DNA of 57,385 nt from positions 1-57,385 of the forward strand of contig JAUWPB010000003.1 in assembly GCA_030611805.1 (NCBI GenBank), given 5' to 3'. The position numbers and the translations under genes are program-made. Below, piece after piece: positions 51,408-57,385 of the stretch. Positions within the stretch are counted from its first letter, which is position 1. Every line of letters starts with the position of its first letter. The DNA is from Nanobdellota archaeon (GTDB taxonomy: Archaea > Nanobdellota > Nanobdellia > Pacearchaeales > GW2011-AR1). The notes beneath the pieces were generated by a model that ran no database searches, had not been told where the DNA came from, and worked only from the letters and a program-made list of their open reading frames with translations.

Positions 51408-54235
51408 GGAAAATACTTTTTGCAGTAGGAATATTTCTTATTTTGATTACAGGGATTTTTTTTGTTAGTTCTGAGGTAAGCAAAGTTAAAGTAAGTGAAG
51501 AAGTAGATGATAATTTAAAAAATAAAAATGAAGTCAGAGTTATTGTGAAGATAAAAGAACCTTCAAGTGAAAAAGGTTTTTTATTTAAAATTCAAAAAAC
51601 TGCTTCTGAAATAAAATCAGAAAAACAAGAGATTAAAGAAAATATAATTAATGAAATTGGGAAAGAAAATGTTAAGCATGTTTTTGATGAATCATTATCT
51701 GCAATTATTTCACTAGAGGAATTAAATAAATTAAAGGTAAATAATTATGTAAATGAAATAAAATTAGAGGGAACAAAACATATTTTTTTGCAGGATTCTG
51801 TTCCGTTAGTAAATGCGAGTGTAACCTGGCCAGTGCAAATTAATGACTTCAATATTACAGGAACTGGCGAAACTGTTTGCATTATTGATACTGGAATTTA
51901 TTATAATCATTCTGACTTTGGAAACTGTTATGGTTATAACAATGCTTCTTCGCCTTGTAAAATTATTGGAGGATGGGATTATTGTGCAGATAATGTTACT
52001 TGTACTTCAGAAGATAATGATCCTATAGATGTTAATGGACATGGAACTCATGTTGCAGGAATTGTCGGAGCAAACGGTTCAATAAAAGGAGTGGCCCCAG
52101 ATGTAAAAATAATAATGATTAAAGCAGGAAATTCTTCTGGTACTTTTTGGAACAGTGATATAAGAGCTGGAATTGATTGGTGTGTGGATAATTCTTCTAA
52201 GTTTAATATTTCTGTGATAAGTATGAGTCTAGGTGGAGGATTACATTCAAGTTATTGTGATGGGGTGTATGCTGACTTAACTTTAGCAATTAACAATGCT
52301 GTTGCTAAAAATATTTCTGTTGTTGTTGCTACTGGGAATAGTGGGAGTACAACTCAAATCGGTTCTCCGGCATGTATTCAAAATGCAACTTCTGTTGGAG
52401 CCACAACAAAATTAGATGTTATTGCCGATTATAGCAATAGAAATAACATTACTGACTTATTTGCCCCAGGAGGAACTTTGGGAGAATCTGGAAATTGTTC
52501 TCCCGGCAGTATGGATTCAGAAAGAATTTGCTCAACATATAATGACGGAAATTACATCTCTTTCTCAGGAACATCCATGGCAACTCCTCATGTTGCAGGA
52601 GCAATTGCTTTAATAAATCAATTCTTAAAACTTACCGGGCAAACTAAAACCCCTCAGGAAATTGAATCTGTTTTAAATTCAACTGGAAAAATAATTAATG
52701 ACTCGGGAGGTTCTGGCTTAAACTTCTCAAGAATTGATATTTATTCTGCAATTTTATTATTAGATGAAACAGCCCCGAATGTAACTTTATCTTCTCCTGC
52801 CGACACTATAACAACTAATACAATGAATCAAACTTTCTCCTGTAATGCAACTGATGAATTAGGGTTGGAAAACATAACTTTTTATTTGTGGAACTCAACG
52901 GGAATTTATAATCAAACAACAACAGATGTTTCAGGGACTTTTAATGAAACGTCTATCAATATTACAAATCTTGCTTATGATAATTATAAATGGAATTGTT
53001 TGGCTTATGACCAAAATGGAAACTCAGCTTTTGCAGATTCTAATTTTAGTTTGTACATTGGAAATGTGAGTGTCACTTTAAACACTCCTTCAAATAATAC
53101 TTTTACAAACCAGAATCAAACTTTCACTTGCTCAGCTGAATCAAACACTGAAACAGGACTTACAAACATGACTTTTTACTTGTGGAATTCCTCACAAAGT
53201 TTGCTTTACAATTTATCTAAAAATATTTCAGGGGTTTCTAATTCAACAACTTTTCAGTATAATTTTACAAATGAAACAGATTACTATTGGAATTGCCAAG
53301 CATATAACAATGTCTCTCAATCCACTTTTGCCGAAGAGAATTATACAATAACTTACGATATAACAAAACCAAATCTAACTTCTGTAAGTCCTTTTCCTGG
53401 TGATGCAACATCAAATTCTGTTTCAAGAACTTTCTATTATAATATTTCAGATAATTTTAATATTGCAAATTGCAGTTTAATTGTGAATAATAATATTCAG
53501 TTAACAAATTATTCTATAACGAATTTCTCTCTAACACAAAATTTTACAAAAAGTTTTACCTCTGGAACTTATAACTGGAAAATAAATTGCACTGACAAAG
53601 CAGGAAATCAAAATAGTTCTATTCAAAAAAGTTTTACAATAACGGCTATAATAATCACGCCAAGTGGAGGAAGCGGGAGTTCAAGTTCAATATCACGAAT
53701 TTACACCCCGACATCTGAACAAACTTCAGGAGGATATTCAAAAGAGTTGCAAAAAAATGACAAGATAAAATTTACTTTTTTTGAGGAAACAGCAGGACAA
53801 CATGTTTTAACCTTAAATTGTATTGGAAAAGATTTTGTTAATATAACTATTCAAAGCAATCCAATAAAAATTGTTTTAGGGATAGGGCAAAGTGCAAAAC
53901 TTAATTTAACATCTCCTGATTATTATAATTTGTATGTTAAATTAGAAAGTATTATGAATCAAAAAGCAAAAATTACAATCCAGACAATTCATGAGGAAAT
54001 CCCAAAGCCACCAGAGATAACAGGAAAAGCAATTGATGAAGAAGACAATGAGACAGACCAGGAAGATATTGAAAAAAAGAGAACATTCTTAAATCTTGAG
54101 GTAAAAAAACTTAAAAAAATCATTTATATTTTCATACCAATATTTATAATTGTAATTATCATTATTTTATTGAAAAAACTGAAAAATAAAGAAACAAAAA
54201 ATGAAACCATTAAAACCAAGTCAAAGAGAAAATAA
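51404..54235 (+). CDS. subtilisin-like serine protease (S8) with Ig-like repeats and C-terminal TM anchor
   Basis: Triad contexts VCIIDTGI, HGTHVAG, GTSMATPHVAG. N-terminal signal/TM and C-terminal IYIFIPIFIIVIIIILL. ATGA overlap with the upstream miniprotein. Confidence 0.92.
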   Translation: MRKILFAVGIFLILITGIFFVSSEVSKVKVSEEVDDNLKNKNEVRVIVKIKEPSSEKGFLFKIQKTASEIKSEKQEIKENIINEIGKENVKHVFDESLSAIISLEELNKLKVNNYVNEIKLEGTKHIFLQDSVPLVNASVTWPVQINDFNITGTGETVCIIDTGIYYNHSDFGNCYGYNNASSPCKIIGGWDYCADNVTCTSEDNDPIDVNGHGTHVAGIVGANGSIKGVAPDVKIIMIKAGNSSGTFWNSDIRAGIDWCVDNSSKFNISVISMSLGGGLHSSYCDGVYADLTLAINNAVAKNISVVVATGNSGSTTQIGSPACIQNATSVGATTKLDVIADYSNRNNITDLFAPGGTLGESGNCSPGSMDSERICSTYNDGNYISFSGTSMATPHVAGAIALINQFLKLTGQTKTPQEIESVLNSTGKIINDSGGSGLNFSRIDIYSAILLLDETAPNVTLSSPADTITTNTMNQTFSCNATDELGLENITFYLWNSTGIYNQTTTDVSGTFNETSINITNLAYDNYKWNCLAYDQNGNSAFADSNFSLYIGNVSVTLNTPSNNTFTNQNQTFTCSAESNTETGLTNMTFYLWNSSQSLLYNLSKNISGVSNSTTFQYNFTNETDYYWNCQAYNNVSQSTFAEENYTITYDITKPNLTSVSPFPGDATSNSVSRTFYYNISDNFNIANCSLIVNNNIQLTNYSITNFSLTQNFTKSFTSGTYNWKINCTDKAGNQNSSIQKSFTITAIIITPSGGSGSSSSISRIYTPTSEQTSGGYSKELQKNDKIKFTFFEETAGQHVLTLNCIGKDFVNITIQSNPIKIVLGIGQSAKLNLTSPDYYNLYVKLESIMNQKAKITIQTIHEEIPKPPEITGKAIDEEDNETDQEDIEKKRTFLNLEVKKLKKIIYIFIPIFIIVIIIILLKKLKNKETKNETIKTKSKRK
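52771..53645 (+). repeat. three tandem ~95-aa Ig-like repeats, extremely rich in N-x-S/T sequons (coding)
   Basis: Repeated pattern ..P..T...NQTF.C.A......L.N.TFYLWNS.......... . Boundaries approximate. Confidence 0.6.
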
Positions 54236-54497
54236 AAGATATTTGTTGGTTCAAGGAAAAAATCTTAAAACAAATATTGAAAAAGCGATTTTAGATTTTA
54301 TTGGAGTTTTGGGAATGTCTAAAGTTGGACTGGGCTGGATTAAAACAAAATACCCTCAAAAGCACAAGAAAGATTCTGTTATTATTTGTGTAAATCGTGA
54401 GATGTTGGATTCTGTGAGGGCTTCATTGTGTGTCTGGCCTGAGAAAATGAGTGTTGAGAAAGTTAGCGGGACTTTGAAGGGGTTAGGGAGGAAATAG
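54201..54497 (+). CDS. rnp2: RNase P protein component Pop5 (Rnp2)
   Basis: MKPLKPSQRENKRYLLV start typical of archaeal Pop5. Conserved neighbourhood with psmA. Confidence 0.78.
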   Translation: MKPLKPSQRENKRYLLVQGKNLKTNIEKAILDFIGVLGMSKVGLGWIKTKYPQKHKKDSVIICVNREMLDSVRASLCVWPEKMSVEKVSGTLKGLGRK

Positions 54498-54566
54498 TAT
54501 TAATTTGATAGGGGTAACAAATAGAAAAGCTTATATAGTTTAAAGTGTATAATATATCTATATAAA

Positions 54567-54959
54567 ATGAGAGATTATTCCACAGATTTAACATTTAATG
54601 CCTACGATAGCCAGGTTGGAAAGGCTAGCTTAGAATCAACTTTAGCATTAGTTAATAACACGAATTCTTCTGATGAAAAGGCAACTAAAGATGTAACAAA
54701 ATTCTTAGGAGTATATAATATTGATTTTCACTCTGAAGACAAAGATGTCCCAAGGGAACTTCCTGCATTATATGAGGAGATAGATAATGGGCGAACACAA
54801 CTTACTATTTACTCTCCAAGAGATGGACATATAAAAGATGTTACTGAAAATTTAAAAGCTCCAAAAGAATTACGGGAACCAATTGTTCCAATGGGGAAGG
54901 ATAATGATTGGATGTATTTTTCTTCTGCACAAACAAACTATGCTGTAAACATTCAATAA
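54567..54959 (+). CDS. hypothetical protein (130 aa)
   Basis: ORF with a TATA-like box upstream. Confidence 0.5.
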   Translation: MRDYSTDLTFNAYDSQVGKASLESTLALVNNTNSSDEKATKDVTKFLGVYNIDFHSEDKDVPRELPALYEEIDNGRTQLTIYSPRDGHIKDVTENLKAPKELREPIVPMGKDNDWMYFSSAQTNYAVNIQ

Positions 54960-54981
54960 AATAATTTTTCAATAAAAAACC

Positions 54982-55371
54982 CTAAACACTAACAACCATC
55001 TGCGGACTTGGTAATTTTGCTGTGTTTTCCTGAATTATTATTGGAGTTTTTTCTATGATTTTATTTCTGATATTTATTTTATAAAAAAGTCTTATTTCAA
55101 TTACTCCCTGATTTATTTTTGATTTAAATTTCCATTTAGGTATTGTTCTTAAATTGTGTTTAGAAATGCCTAAAAATTCAGAAGCATTGAATATTTGAAT
55201 TCCTGTAATAAACTGCTCTTTATCAACATCAATAACCATGTTATAAAATTCCAATGAAAAATCATAATCTCTATTTTTTAATTTAAAAAACAAAATATCA
55301 TTTACAAAATCATAATCCATTTCTCCTTCTGCTTCTAAATGCCTTTGTTTTATACTTTTGGTATTTGCCAT
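54982..55371 (-). CDS. DUF2283-like protein (putative antitoxin-type partner)
   Basis: MDYDFVNDILFFKL...VIDVDKEQFITGIQIFNASEF matches the YD..D.L.i...G.v.GIEI..AS pattern. Confidence 0.55.
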   Translation of the reverse strand: MANTKSIKQRHLEAEGEMDYDFVNDILFFKLKNRDYDFSLEFYNMVIDVDKEQFITGIQIFNASEFLGISKHNLRTIPKWKFKSKINQGVIEIRLFYKINIRNKIIEKTPIIIQENTAKLPSPQMVVSV

Positions 55372-55679
55372 TGTTCAATATAATAAAATGTAACTATATT
55401 AATCTTTTGGGGTTTCATCCCCAATATTATTTTAAGATTCTTATTTTTATATTTATAAAAAACTGCGTAGTTCTTATTATGCTGAATTCCAACTAAAAAT
55501 GGCTTTTCATCAAATAAAATTCTCTTTAATTCCTCGCATGTAAATATTTCTCTTTGTTTCTGGCTTAATCTAAAAAATGTATGGTCTGTACATTCTATTT
55601 GTTCTTTTTCATATTCTTTAATGAACTTAACAAACTCATTTATATTAACTCTTTTTTTTATTTTTGTATTCTGGAACAT
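55350..55679 (-). CDS. DUF4258-like protein (putative toxin-type partner)
   Basis: CTDHTFFRLSQKQREIFTCEELKRIL pattern. 22-nt overlap with the downstream gene. The track start at 55751 is TTG; the ATG is at 55679. Confidence 0.42.
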   Translation of the reverse strand: MFQNTKIKKRVNINEFVKFIKEYEKEQIECTDHTFFRLSQKQREIFTCEELKRILFDEKPFLVGIQHNKNYAVFYKYKNKNLKIILGMKPQKINIVTFYYIEQWQIPKV

Positions 55680-55842
55680 ATAATAATTACAGATCAAGAT
55701 TTTAATAATGTTTTGAAAAATTAACTTTACAAATCCAAAAAATTCGCCCAACCCGAAAACCTTAAAAAGAGTTATTTCTTAAAATTTTGGTAAGAGAAAA
55801 AAAACAAATAGTTAATTTATTATAAAATTCTCTAAAATTAAA

Positions 55843-56568
55843 ATGGATATGCCAATAGATATGCAACATCAGGCAATGGGCTATGACCGGACTGCGACAA
55901 TGTTCTCGCCGGAAGGTTCTTTGCTTCAGGTAGAATATGCTGAAAAAGCCGTGAGACGGGGAAGTGCCAGTATAGGAATGGTCTGCACCGACGGAGTTTT
56001 TATAATCGCTGATAAAAGAGTGGATGACCCATTAATAGTTTTGAAATCTGCAAATAAGATACACGAAATTGATTCACACATTATGACAAGTGTGGCAGGA
56101 ATTCTTTCTGATGCAAGAGTGCTAATTGAAAGGTCTCAAGTTGCAGCCCAACAGCACAGAATAACTTATGATTCTCCAATAGAACCAGAATTAATAATCA
56201 AAGACATCTCAAATATGAAGCAACAATTCACACAATATGGCGGGGCAAGACCTTTTGGTGTTTCACTAATGGTTGCAGGGATTAACAGAAAAAAACCAGA
56301 GCTTTACACAAGCGATATAACTGGAAATTATTTTTCGTATTATGTAAATGCCATTGGAGAAAATGATGAAAAATTAAAGGACAACTTAAGGGAAAAGTAT
56401 AAACAAGATTTAACAATCAAAAAAGGCGTTAAACTTGCATTAGATATTTTTGAAAAAGTTCAGGAAAAAAAATTCAACTTGGGAAGACTTGAACTGGTTT
56501 ACATTGATAAAAAAGAAGCAAAGTTAAAAAGATTAGAAGCTGAAAAAATTAAGGAGTTTATAAAATGA
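55843..56568 (+). CDS. psmA: proteasome subunit alpha
   Basis: YDRTATMFSPEGSLLQVEYA signature. Confidence 0.95.
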   Translation: MDMPIDMQHQAMGYDRTATMFSPEGSLLQVEYAEKAVRRGSASIGMVCTDGVFIIADKRVDDPLIVLKSANKIHEIDSHIMTSVAGILSDARVLIERSQVAAQQHRITYDSPIEPELIIKDISNMKQQFTQYGGARPFGVSLMVAGINRKKPELYTSDITGNYFSYYVNAIGENDEKLKDNLREKYKQDLTIKKGVKLALDIFEKVQEKKFNLGRLELVYIDKKEAKLKRLEAEKIKEFIK

Positions 56569-57245
56569 GAAACACCTTAGCAAGAATAAAACAAGCAGGG
56601 AAAAATTTTGAAATAATGGTGGATTTAGATGAAGCTCTAAAGTTTAAGAAAGCCGAGGTTTCTTCAATAGAAGCTGAAACAGACAAGATTTTCACTGACT
56701 TAAAACAAGGGAAGGTTGCATCAAGTTCTGATTTGCAGGAGGCTTTTGGAACAACTGATGTTCAGACAATAGTTGAAAAAATAATTAAAGACGGAGAAGT
56801 CCAATTAACTCAGGAACACAGGGACGAAGAAAAAGACAAAAAGTTAAAACAGGTTGTTGAGTTTTTAGTTACTAACGCTATTGACCCTCAAACAGGAAAC
56901 CCACACACAGGAGAGAGAATTAAAAATGCTTTAGAACAAAGCCATGTTAATATAAAGAATGTGCCGATAGAAAATCAGATTAAAGATATTCTTGAAGAAG
57001 TAAGCAAAATTATTCCAATAAAAATTGAGACAAAAAAAGTCAAGATAACTGTTCCTGCAATACACACTGGAAAAGTTTATGGAATAATTAATCAATATAA
57101 AGAACAGGAAAAATGGCTTGACGACGGAAGTTTGGAAGTTGTAGTTAGTGTTCCTGCAGGAATAATTATTGATTTTTATGATAAATTAAATTCGGTGACT
57201 CATGGTTCAGCTTTGACTGAAGAGATAAAGGGAGATGCAGAATAA
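56565..57245 (+). CDS. sdo1: SBDS/Sdo1 ribosome maturation protein
   Basis: ARIKQAGKNFEIMVDLDEALKFKK N-terminal FYSH pattern. ATGA overlap with psmA. Confidence 0.9.
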   Translation: MRNTLARIKQAGKNFEIMVDLDEALKFKKAEVSSIEAETDKIFTDLKQGKVASSSDLQEAFGTTDVQTIVEKIIKDGEVQLTQEHRDEEKDKKLKQVVEFLVTNAIDPQTGNPHTGERIKNALEQSHVNIKNVPIENQIKDILEEVSKIIPIKIETKKVKITVPAIHTGKVYGIINQYKEQEKWLDDGSLEVVVSVPAGIIIDFYDKLNSVTHGSALTEEIKGDAE

Positions 57246-57257
57246 AATAAATAACCC

Positions 57258-57271
57258 CGCCCTAAAGGGCG
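57258..57271. terminator. GC hairpin CGCCC-TAAA-GGGCG between convergent gene ends
   Basis: 5-bp GC stem. T-rich on the minus strand downstream (ttatttattttatt). Confidence 0.35.
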
Positions 57272-57300
57272 AGGTATCAAGGTAAAAAAAAATGTTAAAA

Positions 57301-57385
57301 CTATTGAACCCAAGGTTGAGAAGAAGTAATGTAGTGAGCAACAGCTTCAGTGGTTGTGTTGCCGACGCTTCTAAAGAATTTTCCA
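57301..57385 (-). CDS. possible C-terminal end of a leftward gene entering from beyond the window
   Basis: Open frame ...GKFFRSVGNTTTEAVAHYITSSQPWVQ* followed by hairpin and T-rich tract. A competing plus-strand ATG at 57292 cannot be excluded. Confidence 0.3.
   Translation of the reverse strand, partial: GKFFRSVGNTTTEAVAHYITSSQPWVQ

Noticed and set aside
54515-55820. Shared 9-mer aacaaatag upstream of the 54567 ORF and upstream of psmA as a possible duplicated junction
   Set aside because: It is too short and AT-rich to distinguish from chance.
57292-57385. Plus-strand ORF MLKLLNPRLRRSNVVSNSF... as the next superoperon gene (an Rrp4 was expected)
   Set aside because: There is no resemblance to Rrp4. 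The minus-strand frame ending at 57301 with a downstream hairpin/T-tract is at least as plausible, and the question cannot be resolved from 94 nt.
1-57385. Searched by eye for CRISPR arrays, rRNA, IS transposases, integrases, reverse transcriptase/DGR template-variable repeats and restriction-modification systems
   Set aside because: None found. The only long nucleotide repeats are those reported: the 41-bp DR, the 16-bp IR, the 31-nt intragenic repeat and the gene-end stubs.

Overview
AT-rich (roughly 30% GC by eye) archaeal chromosome segment. The compact layout, with many ATGA/TAATG gene overlaps and TATA-like boxes (consensus near AATCTTTATAAA) about 22-30 nt upstream of first-gene ATGs, suggests a small-genome DPANN-type archaeon; this is inference only. 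The backbone has four parts. (i) An Fe-S/tRNA-thiolation block: ArsR-GNAT-IscS-DUF1858-GNAT-IscU, a methyltransferase and TtuA. (ii) A dNTP-supply island: NrdR-NrdJ-Dut, a P-loop::dCMP-deaminase fusion, ThyA, thioredoxin, PyrD and tRNA-Lys(UUU). (iii) The canonical archaeal rpoH-rpoB-rpoA-nusA-rps12-rps7-EF2-EF1alpha string, here with an unsplit rpoA, about seven orphan small ORFs interleaved, and no rpl30e or rps10. (iv) A mixed region: DnaG, toxin-antitoxin modules, endonuclease-IV-like protein, a surface protein, Pcm, a HEPN-motif protein, Mre11, GH130, a DHFR-like protein, RecQ, an MFS transporter, a 2-oxoacid:ferredoxin oxidoreductase interrupted by a GNAT plus a cyclodipeptide-synthase-like gene, RNase J, a Cys-rich miniprotein with a large S8 protease, and Pop5-[3-gene insert]-PsmA-SBDS. 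I saw no rRNA, CRISPR array, transposase, integrase or reverse transcriptase. Three signals stand out. (1) A recurrent stub-insert-intact-gene architecture: short diverged duplicates of a gene end flank small cargo cassettes at nfo, mre11, recQ and tRNA-Lys, and one cassette is also bounded by perfect 16-bp inverted repeats. (2) A CDPS-like gene plus GNAT is translationally coupled inside an OFOR operon. (3) A single-ORF RpoA A'+A'' sits in an information-processing superoperon peppered with orphan small genes. All functional calls come from motif recognition by eye, with no database search run.
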